NCBI GenBank assembly: GCA_046351395.1 | Contig: JAXLYP010000017.1 | Coordinates: forward strand, 65,508 to 129,507 | Length of the DNA: 64,000 nucleotides | DNA from: Polyangiaceae bacterium | Lineage (GTDB): Bacteria; Myxococcota_A; Polyangia; Polyangiales; Polyangiaceae | Direction of reading: 5' to 3' | Shown: piece by piece, positions 55,138 to 64,000 of the stretch | How positions within the stretch are numbered: position 1 is the first letter of the stretch | How the letters are laid out: each line of letters starts with the position of its first letter | The notes under the pieces: model-generated | Told to the model about the DNA's origin: nothing | The model's input: only the letters and a program-made list of their open reading frames with translations | Database searches by the model: none | Position numbers and translations under genes: made by a program

Positions 55138-56091
55138 TCAGCGAGCGTCCTTGCAGCAGCGAAAGCCGGTCGAGTAGTCGTGGTACGCGGGCTCGTGCGC
55201 GATCGTGGTGAACAGGCAGCCCGGTCCGTGCTCTCCGTTCGTGCTGAAGAACCCGCCCATGAAGATGCCCGCGCCGGGGAACGTCGGCTGTCCGCGCCTG
55301 CGGGTCTCTCCCTCCATCGCGGCGAGGAACTGCTGACTCACCGTGTCGCTGATCCATTCATGGAGGTTGCCGACCATGTCATGGACGCCGAAGTCCGAGC
55401 TACAGTTCTTGAACTCGCCCGTCTTCGCCAGGAAGCCAGGCAGACTGTCGAGCGCGGGGCTGTTGAAGTCCTCGTAGGGATAGTTCGGGTGCACCCCGAA
55501 CAGCTTCGACATGAGGTGCTCTTTGGCGTTGTTGCAGGGCATCTCCCCGTCCACCGGGACGACGCTCGGCGAGGTCCCGCGGCACGCGAGCAGCCATTCG
55601 CTGCGATTGCAGAGCCGCTTCGCGGCGTTCCCGCACGCGGCTTCGGCTTCGTCGCGCGAAATATAGGCTTGAGGGTACACGGCGGGCTCGCTCGCGGCGA
55701 CGTAGACCGCGCCCGCGCGGGGGCGCTCGGCGTGCGGGTGCGCGACGAGCTCCCCGTCGGGGCGCCGCTCCTTCAACACCGCCTCGTACCGATCGACGCA
55801 GAACGAACCGACGCGGGCCATTTCGGGGGGGCACGGCGAGTCGGTCGCCGCCGCCGCGCTCGCGGGGATCGGTACTTGCGCCGCAGTCTTCGGGGCCGAC
55901 TCCGGTCCGTCGCTCATTGGCGGAGTTGGTGGAGACGAAGGCGCGGGCGCGGCGCTCACGGGCGGAGCTTCTCGCGCGGGCGCGCTCCCCATCCCACGGC
56001 TTTGCCCGTGCGGGCCGGGCTCGTCGGGGATGGAGCACGACACCGCGAGGAGGAGAATGGGCGAACAGCGAATCGCCCGAGGCGTCCTCAT
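55138..56091 (-). CDS. Formylglycine-generating-enzyme (FGE/SUMF1) domain lipoprotein.
   Basis: MRTPRAIRCSPILLLAVSCS has a lipobox. ...RLCNRSEWLLACRG...GNLHEWISD...GGFFSTN...YHDYSTGFRCCKDAR has a canonical FGE-sulfatase domain end. Confidence 0.82.
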   Translation of the reverse strand: MRTPRAIRCSPILLLAVSCSIPDEPGPHGQSRGMGSAPAREAPPVSAAPAPSSPPTPPMSDGPESAPKTAAQVPIPASAAAATDSPCPPEMARVGSFCVDRYEAVLKERRPDGELVAHPHAERPRAGAVYVAASEPAVYPQAYISRDEAEAACGNAAKRLCNRSEWLLACRGTSPSVVPVDGEMPCNNAKEHLMSKLFGVHPNYPYEDFNSPALDSLPGFLAKTGEFKNCSSDFGVHDMVGNLHEWISDTVSQQFLAAMEGETRRRGQPTFPGAGIFMGGFFSTNGEHGPGCLFTTIAHEPAYHDYSTGFRCCKDAR

Positions 56092-56116
56092 GCATGACGA
56101 CGACACGCGAGGACGC

Positions 56117-56485
56117 CTACTTCATTTGGCAGGAGGCCGACTTCGCGACCACGTCCTCGACGCACGTCTTCCCCGCGGCGGCGCAGTCCTCGGCCAGGGT
56201 CATATCGACCATCTGGTAGTCCGCCTGCAGGAAGCACGTCGTCGGATCCGCGGTCGCCATACAGTCCGCGTCGATCTTCTGATTCGCCGCGACAGTCGCC
56301 GCGTCCCCCTCCGGGCAGGTCCAGACGGCGTCGTCCGAGCACACCACGTACGGTTGTCCCTTCGGCGCGCACGTCGGCGCGGGGGAGCCACAGCCTGGTG
56401 CCGAGAGGCCCAGGAGCAGCACGAGGCCGACGCCGAGGCCCGATAGGGAGAGGAGCATTCGGAGCGATGGGTAGGAGTGTCTCAC
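56117..56485 (-). CDS. Small Cys-rich lipoprotein (122 aa).
   Basis: MRHSYPSLRMLLSLSGLGVGLVLLLGLSAPGC has a lipobox. 10 Cys residues. Confidence 0.5.
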   Translation of the reverse strand: MRHSYPSLRMLLSLSGLGVGLVLLLGLSAPGCGSPAPTCAPKGQPYVVCSDDAVWTCPEGDAATVAANQKIDADCMATADPTTCFLQADYQMVDMTLAEDCAAAGKTCVEDVVAKSASCQMK

Positions 56486-56622
56486 AAGACCACCGTATCA
56501 CTCGCCCGGCGCCAGCGTCGCGTGGATGCCGCGGATCGAGGGCGCTGCTCCCTCCGAAGGGCGCTCCGAACGACCCCGCGCGGCGTGAATGACCGTGATG
56601 GGATGGGGTAGCATCCACACGC

Positions 56623-58002
56623 ATGAAGTGGAGTGTCGGGTTGCTCGTCGCAGCGCCAACCGCGCTGATCCTCCTCGGGGCGTGCGGAACCAAGACCCCC
56701 GGCACCGCCTCGGCGACGTCCACGGGGACCGGTGAAACTCCGCCCGCGGTGAGCGCTCCCGCGTCCTCCGCGAGCTCACTCGCGGTCTCACCGAGCGCCA
56801 CGAGTTCCGCCACGAAGCCGGACGACGGCGTCGCAGCCGCGTCGAAGGCAGCGGTGCAGGCGCTCGACGCGTACCTCAAGGCCCCCTCGGCGCAGCGGCC
56901 CGAGATCACGGAGCAACCCTTTGCCTCCGTCCCGCTCACGAAGGACGACGCCGCGCGGGCCGCGGATCTCCTCGCGACGGAACTCGCCGTCCGGACGAAG
57001 GCCGAGCGGCGCGCCGAGCTGGACGCACAGTCGATCAAGGTCGACGAGGCGACGCTTCGGTTCGAGGTGAGGCGCTTCGGAGACGCGCCATCCAAAGGCC
57101 ACGCGCTCTTTCTTTCGCTCCACGGCGGCGGCGGCACCACGACGGAGACGAACGACAGCCAGTGGAGGAATCAGGTGGACCTCTACAAGCCGTCGGAGGG
57201 GATCTACGTGGCCCCGCGTGCGCCGACGGACGCCTGGAACATGTGGTTCGTCCCGGAGATCGAGCCTTTGTTCGACCGCCTCATCGCCGACTTCGTCGCG
57301 CTGGAGGGGGTCGACCCCGACCGGGTGTACGTGATGGGGTACTCTGCCGGCGGCGACGGCGTCTACCAGATTGGCCCGCGCATGGCCGATCGGTGGGCCG
57401 CGGCGGCGATGATGGCGGGCCACCCCAACGACTCGTCGCCGCTCGGGCTCCGCAATATCGGTTTCACGATCCACGTCGGCGCAGACGACAACGCGTTCGA
57501 CCGGAACAAGGTCGGCGCGGAGTGGGGAAAGCAGCTCGATCTCCTGCACCAGTCCGACCCCTCGGGGTACGTCCACGAGGTCCAGATCCACGCCGGCAAG
57601 GGACACTGGATGGACCTCGAGGACGCCGTCGCCGTGCCCTGGATGCAGCAGTTCACGCGCAACCCCATCCCCGAAAAGGTCGTCTGGGTCGAGCTCGGCG
57701 TCCCTACCTGGCGCTGCTACTGGCTCGCCACGCACGACGTCGAGGTGAAGCAGGGCGCGCGCATCGTCGCGACGCGAGGGCCGCAATCCGTGCGGCTCGA
57801 ATCCGTCGAGGGCTTCGCGGAGGTCATCGTTCGACTCTCGGACGCGATGATGGACTTGGATCGCGACATCACCATCACGCTCGGCGAGAGGACACTCTTC
57901 AGGGGCAAGCCTGCGCGGACCATCGCGGCCCTGTTCGAGACGCTCGGCGAGCGCGAGTATCGGGCTGCGATGTTCCCGTCGCAGGTGATCGTACGGCCCT
58001 GA
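56623..58002 (+). CDS. Secreted alpha/beta-hydrolase esterase lipoprotein (PHB-depolymerase/esterase-like).
   Basis: Lipobox LLGAC. LHGGGG oxyanion region. GYSAGG (GxSxG nucleophile elbow). Confidence 0.75.
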   Translation: MKWSVGLLVAAPTALILLGACGTKTPGTASATSTGTGETPPAVSAPASSASSLAVSPSATSSATKPDDGVAAASKAAVQALDAYLKAPSAQRPEITEQPFASVPLTKDDAARAADLLATELAVRTKAERRAELDAQSIKVDEATLRFEVRRFGDAPSKGHALFLSLHGGGGTTTETNDSQWRNQVDLYKPSEGIYVAPRAPTDAWNMWFVPEIEPLFDRLIADFVALEGVDPDRVYVMGYSAGGDGVYQIGPRMADRWAAAAMMAGHPNDSSPLGLRNIGFTIHVGADDNAFDRNKVGAEWGKQLDLLHQSDPSGYVHEVQIHAGKGHWMDLEDAVAVPWMQQFTRNPIPEKVVWVELGVPTWRCYWLATHDVEVKQGARIVATRGPQSVRLESVEGFAEVIVRLSDAMMDLDRDITITLGERTLFRGKPARTIAALFETLGEREYRAAMFPSQVIVRP

Positions 58003-58189
58003 TGCTGGCGCTCCGAGCGTCCGCGTACTCGTCACCGTGAAGGACGGCGACGTCGACCCGATCGGGGGCCGACCATAGCTCTACGCCCGACGGACGATCA
58101 CACGCGCGCGCCCCCAGGTCACGACGCGATGGCGCCGCCTTGCGGCCGGCGTCATCGGCGGCGTGTGTCCGAAGCGCGAACGACGATCG

Positions 58190-58717
58190 TCAGGAGGCAG
58201 CGGTGAGCGTGGGGAGGAGCTCGTCCAATTGGTCGAACGTCTCGTCCGTGTTGCTCGTGCTCCCGGAGGAGATGGCCTCGTCGAGCGCCGCCTTCGAAGG
58301 ATAGAGATCGCTCATGACGAGCGACGTCTTGCCGTCCTTCTCCTCGAGCGTGACGGTCGTCACGGCGCCGCCTTCACCGCTCTCCTCGTTGGTCCAAGCG
58401 AGCCGTGAGTGTGGCGTCACCTCCTTGTACGTCCCGAAGAACGCCATCGGCTCGGGCGCCGCTGGGTGACGGAACACCAGCCGGTACGTGCCGCCGACGC
58501 GCACGTCCATCTCGCACGAGACGAGGGTGAGGCCGCACGACTTCGGGACCCACCACCGCGCGAACAGCTCGGCCTTGGTCCACGCCGCGAACACGATGCG
58601 CGCGGGGGCGTTGAACGTGCGCTTCACGACGAGCTCCCGATCCGACGTCCTCTCCGCGCTCGTGCGGTTCGCCGCTGGGGTGGGCTCGTTCTTACTCTCG
58701 ATCTTGTTCGCGTCCAT
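58190..58717 (-). CDS. SRPBCC / AHSA1 (activator of Hsp90 ATPase)-like domain protein.
   Basis: ...LVVKRTFNAPARIVFAAWTKAELFARWW...GGTYRLVF... is typical of the AHSA1 family. It is commonly paired with ArsR regulators. Confidence 0.78.
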   Translation of the reverse strand: MDANKIESKNEPTPAANRTSAERTSDRELVVKRTFNAPARIVFAAWTKAELFARWWVPKSCGLTLVSCEMDVRVGGTYRLVFRHPAAPEPMAFFGTYKEVTPHSRLAWTNEESGEGGAVTTVTLEEKDGKTSLVMSDLYPSKAALDEAISSGSTSNTDETFDQLDELLPTLTAAS

Positions 58718-59060
58718 GCAGGGTCTCCTTCTGTGTCAGCTCCTCGACGACTTGGTCCAACGCGTCGAAGCGTGCTTCCCAAAGCTTTCGGTACCGCTCG
58801 AGCCACGCCGTCTCTTCGTCCAATCGGCGGAGGCCGAGCTTGCAGGTCCGCACGCGGCCGACCTTCTCCGTCGTGACGAGCCCAGCGCGCTCGAGGACGG
58901 CGACGTGCTTCTTCATGCCCGTGAGGGTCATGTGGAACTTGTCCGCGAGGTCCGTGATGGACGCGTCGCTCCGGCCGAGCTGCTCGAGCACGCCGCGCCG
59001 GGTCGCGTCCGAGATCGCGGCGAACGACGCGTTCAGGCGAGCGTTCGTAAACTGAACCAT
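58692..59060 (-). CDS. ArsR/SmtB family transcriptional regulator.
   Basis: FAAISDATRRGVLEQLGRSDASITDLADKFHMTLTGMKKHVAVLERAGLV is a winged HTH. Overlaps the downstream SRPBCC gene by 26 nt. Confidence 0.85.
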   Translation of the reverse strand: MVQFTNARLNASFAAISDATRRGVLEQLGRSDASITDLADKFHMTLTGMKKHVAVLERAGLVTTEKVGRVRTCKLGLRRLDEETAWLERYRKLWEARFDALDQVVEELTQKETLHGREQDRE

Positions 59061-59138
59061 GTGGTTTAGCGTTTAGCGCGCGCGATTCGTCGTGTCCAGC
59101 GAAGAAGTTCACGAGGCCGATCGTGGTATCGATCTCGG

Positions 59139-59702
59139 ATGCGAAGGCTCACTCTCCTCGCGCTCTGTCTCGCGCTCGCGCCCGCGGTCGGCTGCGTGAG
59201 CGAGCCGCGCGTCGTCATCGATCACGCGGAGGTGAAGGGGGTGTCCCTCTCGGGGATCGACCTCGGCGTCGTCCTCGCGATCCGGAACGACAACGTGTTC
59301 GACGTGAAGCTTCGGCGCGTCCACGCGGACGTGACGATCGCCCGGAAGATCAAGCTCGCGCCCGTCGACATGGTCCCGGACGTGTGGATCCCCGCCGACG
59401 ACAAGATCAAGCTCGCCGTGGACGTGAAGGTCCCGCTGACCATCGTCCCCGCGATCCTCGAGTCCACGCTCGAGGAGGGCAGCGTCCCTTACCGCATTGT
59501 CGGCGACGCCGACGTCACCGCGACGCGGACCTTCGGCATCGAGGAGGATCATTATCCGTTCGATCAAGAGGGTACGGTCCCGCGCAGCCTGTTCATGAAG
59601 CTCTCCCCCGGCGGCATCCAGATCGACATCGGCGGGAGCGAATCCCTCGTTCCGAAAGACGGCCCGAAGGAGGGCCCGAAGCCCGAGGACCCGAAGCCGT
59701 GA
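59139..59702 (+). CDS. LEA_2 / WHy-like (water-stress/hypersensitive-response) domain lipoprotein.
   Basis: Lipobox LAPAVGC. Beta-sandwich pattern ...DLGVVLAIRNDNVFDVKLRRVHADVTIA...VPLTIVP... Pro/Lys-rich tail. Confidence 0.5.
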   Translation: MRRLTLLALCLALAPAVGCVSEPRVVIDHAEVKGVSLSGIDLGVVLAIRNDNVFDVKLRRVHADVTIARKIKLAPVDMVPDVWIPADDKIKLAVDVKVPLTIVPAILESTLEEGSVPYRIVGDADVTATRTFGIEEDHYPFDQEGTVPRSLFMKLSPGGIQIDIGGSESLVPKDGPKEGPKPEDPKP

Positions 59703-59783
59703 AGCTCATCCGGCGCTTTTCACTATCGGACAGCCCCCGATAGCCACTTGTCGCGCGCCGATGCCCTGAAGTAAGGATGCGGG

Positions 59784-60761
59784 ATGCTCCGAACCCTCGT
59801 TCGTCCCCTGCTCGTCGCCACGGTCGGTCTCGCGCTCGTCGCTTGCGGAGGCGGTGACTCGAAAGGAACCGGGAGCTCCAGCGCGAAGGCCAAGGGCAAA
59901 GGCGCGCCGACGTCGGCGCCCGGCAGCACGGGCGCCGCGAACACGGGCGCTGCGAACACCAACACCGCCGTCCCCGCGCCCACGTTCGCCGTCGCCCCGG
60001 GCAAAGGGTTGAGCGTGCCGGTGTGGTGGGGAGGCATGAAGTACACCCTCGGGGACGTGCGCTACGACGCGGGGGAGCACACGCTCCTCATCGACGTGGA
60101 GATCGACAACCTCCTCAAGTCGAACCAGAACCCGCAGCCCACCGCGCTGCTCGAGTCGAACGGCGAGGTGCTGAGCCACGGCGGGCTCAAGGACTACAAA
60201 GAGATCGTCGCCAAGTCGAAGGTCCGCACCGCGCTCACCTTCGACGTCAGCGCGTTCGACGCCTCCAAGACCACGCTCGTGTTCGGCGACGGCGCGGAGG
60301 CCCAAGTGCGCGTGCCGCTCTCCGGCGCGGGCCCGAACGTCACGGACGAGCCCGTGAAGCAGGCGTTCACGGGGGACATCGTCATCGGCCCGGCGACGTT
60401 CACCGTCCAGTCCACGGAGGTGCGCTGGGACTGGTATCCGCACGACACGGGGACCATCAAAAAGGACAAAGCGGCGCTGCTCCTCTTCGGGAAGCTCAAG
60501 GCCCCGAGCGACAAGGAGATCTTCGCCGTGACCGAGAAGTTCGAACTCACGCAGCCCGACGGGACGAAGCTCACCGCGGACGTCCTCGGGCCCGACAGTC
60601 ACGTCGCGATGACGAAGACCGAAGAGGATTTTTATGTCCTCTTCACGATCGACGCGAAGGATCGCAAGTACGCGGGCGACTACACCCTGAACGTCACGCA
60701 GGATTGGGGGGCGGACGGCGCGGCCGTCTCCTCCGGACCCGTCAAGCTCTCGTTGAAGTAG
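59784..60761 (+). CDS. Hypothetical lipoprotein (325 aa).
   Basis: Lipobox LALVAC. Gly/Ser/Ala linker, then a beta-rich domain. Confidence 0.55.
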   Translation: MLRTLVRPLLVATVGLALVACGGGDSKGTGSSSAKAKGKGAPTSAPGSTGAANTGAANTNTAVPAPTFAVAPGKGLSVPVWWGGMKYTLGDVRYDAGEHTLLIDVEIDNLLKSNQNPQPTALLESNGEVLSHGGLKDYKEIVAKSKVRTALTFDVSAFDASKTTLVFGDGAEAQVRVPLSGAGPNVTDEPVKQAFTGDIVIGPATFTVQSTEVRWDWYPHDTGTIKKDKAALLLFGKLKAPSDKEIFAVTEKFELTQPDGTKLTADVLGPDSHVAMTKTEEDFYVLFTIDAKDRKYAGDYTLNVTQDWGADGAAVSSGPVKLSLK

Positions 60762-60819
60762 CGGTCGCCCCCGACCCGCGCTGCGGGAACCGCGGCTCGT
60801 CTTGAGGTAAAGGGGGGCC

Positions 60820-62217
60820 GTGGGTGCTTCCAAGCAGATCCCCGACCGCGATGGCCGGCGCGATGCGCTTTGGCTCGGCGTCGCCGCGGGCGCCGCCGCG
60901 CCGCTCCTCGGCGCCCTGTTGACGCTCGCCCGCGCGAACGCGCTCGACCCGGTGATCCCGCGTGTGGCGGAGTCACCAAGCTACGATCTCGACTCTCGGC
61001 GGGTGGCCGAGAGCGATCCCGGTCTGGAGGCACCGCGCGGTGGGAGGCAGGAGCTCACCGACGCGTGTTGGATCCCCATGCGCTCCGGGCGGCTGCTGCG
61101 CCGCTACGAGGACACCGGGGTCGTCGAGGAGGTCGATCTCACGGGCCAGAAGCGCCCCTCCGTCGAGCGCGTGAAGGATCCGGGGACGCTCGTGTCCGAG
61201 ATCGAGTCGACGTTCGAGCCGCGGTGTCGAGACGACGACGTCGTCGGGTGCTGCTTCCTGCAAGAGTCCACGAGCCGGTACGTCCGCGCCGACGACAAAC
61301 GACGGATCCTGAAGCGGTTCGGCGCGCGGCCCCGCCTCGCCGAGGCGAGCTCGATCCCCTCGCTGCTCTTCCTGTACGTGCTGAGCGGCGCGCTCGTCGC
61401 GCTCCTCACGCGCCGCGCGCCGGGTGGGCGGATCCTGCTCGGGACGACGTTCGCGGCCGTGGTCCAGTTGCTCGTGTGGGCCGGGTCGATGGATTGGGGC
61501 GCCACGGGCGCGTTCTTCCAGCCCATGGCGGTCGGCGCGTGGGTCGCGCCCGCTGGCGCGCTGCTCGCGCTCGTCCTCCCGCTCGGCGTGGGTCTCGCGG
61601 TTGCGACCGGGGCGACCGTCACCAGCATCGTGGACCGCTCGAGCGGCCTCCACCGCTGCGGATCGTGTGACACCCTGACGGACGCGGAGGAGCGTCGAGA
61701 CGCGTGCGCGACGTGCGGTGCGCGGCGATTCGTGCGCCCGCCGCGCCTTGGTCTCGCGGGGATGGCCGCGATCGCGACGGGCTTCGTGTTCACGCTCCTC
61801 GTCCTCGCGCTCGGACGTGCGACCTCGATGTTCTATGTCTGTTCGCGCCCGATGGATGCCATTTGCACGCTCGCGGCCGAGCAGCACACGGGGCTCGCGC
61901 GGATCGACTTCACCGACGCGGTCGTGCTGCACGATTGGCTTCGCTACGCGCTCGTCACCGTGCCCGCGTTCTTCCTGGTCCCCTTCCTCGTGGGGCGCTT
62001 CGTTCGCGAAAGCCGGTCCGCGGCTCTCCTCTCCGCGCCCCTCTCCGTCGTCGTCACCACCGTCGCGTCCCTGCTCTTCGTCGTCCCCGAGCTGTCCCAG
62101 GTCTCGTTCACGTTCGTCTTCCAGCTCCACCTCCGCGCGTTCGCCTTTTGGCTGATCGCGGGCGGGCTTGGCGCCGCGCTCGGATCGAGGCTACGAAGCG
62201 GCGCGGTGGGGTTCTGA
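60820..62217 (+). CDS. Hypothetical membrane protein with internal CxxC pairs.
   Basis: Several TM helices, plus CGSCDTLTDAEERRDACATCGARRF (a zinc-ribbon-like loop). Confidence 0.5.
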   Translation: MGASKQIPDRDGRRDALWLGVAAGAAAPLLGALLTLARANALDPVIPRVAESPSYDLDSRRVAESDPGLEAPRGGRQELTDACWIPMRSGRLLRRYEDTGVVEEVDLTGQKRPSVERVKDPGTLVSEIESTFEPRCRDDDVVGCCFLQESTSRYVRADDKRRILKRFGARPRLAEASSIPSLLFLYVLSGALVALLTRRAPGGRILLGTTFAAVVQLLVWAGSMDWGATGAFFQPMAVGAWVAPAGALLALVLPLGVGLAVATGATVTSIVDRSSGLHRCGSCDTLTDAEERRDACATCGARRFVRPPRLGLAGMAAIATGFVFTLLVLALGRATSMFYVCSRPMDAICTLAAEQHTGLARIDFTDAVVLHDWLRYALVTVPAFFLVPFLVGRFVRESRSAALLSAPLSVVVTTVASLLFVVPELSQVSFTFVFQLHLRAFAFWLIAGGLGAALGSRLRSGAVGF

Positions 62218-62308
62218 CGCCGCGCCGAAGAGCACCAAGCCATGAGCGCCGCGAGGCCGGCCCGGCCCGCTGCGGGTCCGCGTCCTCGCAACTCCTCCGG
62301 AAAAGACG

Positions 62309-64000
62309 ATGAGCGACAAACTCCTCTACGTACTCGCCCAGGCCGGATACGCCGGCGAAATGGAATACGCGCTGATGCCCGCGCGCGTCGCGGACCCGCT
62401 CCTCAGGCCGGTCTTGAAGTCCTCCGTGCGCTCCGCGATCAAGCGCGCGGAGGCAGCGACCAAGGAGCAGAAGAGCGATCACGTGCTCCGGCTCGCGTTC
62501 CTGCTCGAGGCGAAGAAGGTCCCCGAGGGCACCTCGAACGACGACGTCGGCGCGATCCAGGCCGCCTTCGCCGAGCACGCCAAGCCGTACGAAGCGGTGC
62601 GCAAGACGAGCTGGTCGATGACGCCGCTGCTCGTCGTCGCGGGGCTCGCGGCGGGCGGGACCGTCGCGTACTTGCAGCTGAAGCCGACGGCGAACGAGAG
62701 CTTCATGTCGTCCCCGTTCGCGATCGCGGTGGCGCAGCCGCTCACCGACTTCGTCGGCGCGAAGAAGCACGAGGACGGGAAGAAGATCCTCCTCAGCGAT
62801 CCGGTGAAGGATCAGCTCGGGGACACGTGGCCGCTCTGGAGGGACACCATCGAGGGCCCTGCGAAGTTGTACGAGTCGGGCGCGAACTTCCCCGAGGTGG
62901 CGAAGGCGGTCCAGAAGACGACGAGCGATCTGAACGACGCGCTCGCGAAGAAGAAGCTCCCCGTCTACGTCTCGCTCCAGCCGAAGGAGGCCTCGAAGTC
63001 CCACACGTTCATCGCGTTCGAGGTCGTCGACCGAGCGACCGCGAAGATCGGCGACAAGTCGCTCCGGATCGTCGAGGGCTACCGCATGGATGACGTCGAC
63101 GACGGGTGGCAGCTCGTCGCGCAGTCGGAGGGGAGCGACTGGGTCCGCGTGAACCTCAGCCTCTACTCGCACTATTGGCTCGATCTGATCGCGCCCTCCG
63201 TCTACCGCGGAAAGCCGATCTCGACGGTCCCCACCTCGGGGGAGGGACCGAAGCTCGACAAGGCGCTCAGCGCGGCGTTCAAGGGCGAGATCAACCAATG
63301 CATCGGGCTCGACGACAAGGCGCTCGACGCGCTCTCGGTCGCCGTCGAGGAGCGCCGCCCGCGCTTCGAAACGATCGCGAAGAAGTTCAAGGCGTACGAC
63401 GACGCGCCGAGGAACAAGCCCATCTTCCTCACGCCCGCCGTGCGCGCCGACATGACCAAGGCGCTGAAGGACGAGGCGACGCCCCTCCTCGAGTGGGAGG
63501 ACAAAGTCCGCGCGAAGGTGACGGATTACTCCAAGGTGCTCGTCGAGTTCGCTCGCGCGGACGAGCACGCCTGGATCTACGCGCACCAAAACCTCGAGAC
63601 GCCACCCCCTCCGCCGAAGGGGGACGAGGGCCAGGACCGGCCGAAGCGGCCGATGCTGGCGCCGAAATACAACGACCTCGCTGGTTGGCTCGCGTTCCTC
63701 GCGTCCAAGCCCAAGTGCTACCGCCTCGGGCTCTCGTACGTGATCCTCCTCGCGACGAAGCCCCACGAAGGCGGGACCAAGACCGTCGCGGAGCTCCAAC
63801 AAGACTTCCCCGATTTTCCCGCCGACTGGGTGTTCGACAAGGGGCTCACGCTGATCGACGGACCCGGCGGGCTCGACCTCGCGGTGTACCTCGTGCTCGG
63901 CGAGCTCGGGCTCGACACGAACCCGCTCGTCGGCGCGACCGCGCTCCTCAAGAAGACGGACGAAGAGATCCAGGCGGCGGCGCAGAAGGCCTACGAGAAG
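62309..64000 (+). CDS. Hypothetical protein, 3'-truncated by the window end (at least 563 aa).
   Basis: ATG at 62309, then an open frame to 64000. Lys-rich, balanced composition (MSDKLLYVLAQAGYAGEMEYALM...). It has no stop, so it is absent from the ORF track. Confidence 0.55.
   Translation, partial: MSDKLLYVLAQAGYAGEMEYALMPARVADPLLRPVLKSSVRSAIKRAEAATKEQKSDHVLRLAFLLEAKKVPEGTSNDDVGAIQAAFAEHAKPYEAVRKTSWSMTPLLVVAGLAAGGTVAYLQLKPTANESFMSSPFAIAVAQPLTDFVGAKKHEDGKKILLSDPVKDQLGDTWPLWRDTIEGPAKLYESGANFPEVAKAVQKTTSDLNDALAKKKLPVYVSLQPKEASKSHTFIAFEVVDRATAKIGDKSLRIVEGYRMDDVDDGWQLVAQSEGSDWVRVNLSLYSHYWLDLIAPSVYRGKPISTVPTSGEGPKLDKALSAAFKGEINQCIGLDDKALDALSVAVEERRPRFETIAKKFKAYDDAPRNKPIFLTPAVRADMTKALKDEATPLLEWEDKVRAKVTDYSKVLVEFARADEHAWIYAHQNLETPPPPPKGDEGQDRPKRPMLAPKYNDLAGWLAFLASKPKCYRLGLSYVILLATKPHEGGTKTVAELQQDFPDFPADWVFDKGLTLIDGPGGLDLAVYLVLGELGLDTNPLVGATALLKKTDEEIQAAAQKAYEK

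Noticed and set aside
54839-55357. 172-aa minus ORF between the FGE and rSAM genes.
   Set aside because: Arg-rich junk composition. A different frame from the protein-like reading noted at 54951..55137.

Overview
This is a very high-GC (about 70% by eye), gene-dense window. It looks like a myxobacterial chromosome: there is a MYXO-CTERM tail, Myxococcus-type cysteine-rich repeats, many lipobox lipoproteins, Ser/Thr kinases, and GC-rich REP-like hairpin repeats between genes. I support about 58 protein-coding genes (listed below). No rRNA, tRNA or CRISPR was seen.

Recognisable genes: glgC, an S10 carboxypeptidase-like lipoprotein, an EAL response regulator, a GNAT acetyltransferase, a ParA/Roadblock/V4R operon, a YceI-like protein, a TolB-like propeller lipoprotein, an ECF sigma factor, an ABC-F ATPase, an S1 protease, a membrane Ser/Thr kinase, a GT39-like glycosyltransferase, an ExbB-ExbD-ExbD cluster, an esterase, and an ArsR/SRPBCC pair.

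Most interesting:
- A confident bacterial major-vault-protein homologue (30561..33440), with a vWA lipoprotein upstream.
- Two separate radical SAM/SPASM loci. One is divergent from two tandem zinc-ribbon / Gly-Ser-rich small ORFs (4477..6388), and is my best candidate for a peptide-modification system. The other is tightly coupled to a UvrD-like helicase carrying ankyrin repeats, with an FGE-type lipoprotein and a possible 33-aa ORF immediately upstream (50817..56091).
- A PqqD-like RRE domain fused to a YkgJ cysteine cluster.
- A lower-GC islet containing a frameshifted YWTD-like gene.
- A recurring CTAGAGCACCGAAC intergenic motif.

All calls come from reading the sequence and from motif recall; no database search was run. 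Many long Arg/Ala-rich ORFs in the six-frame track are antisense artefacts of high GC and were rejected.
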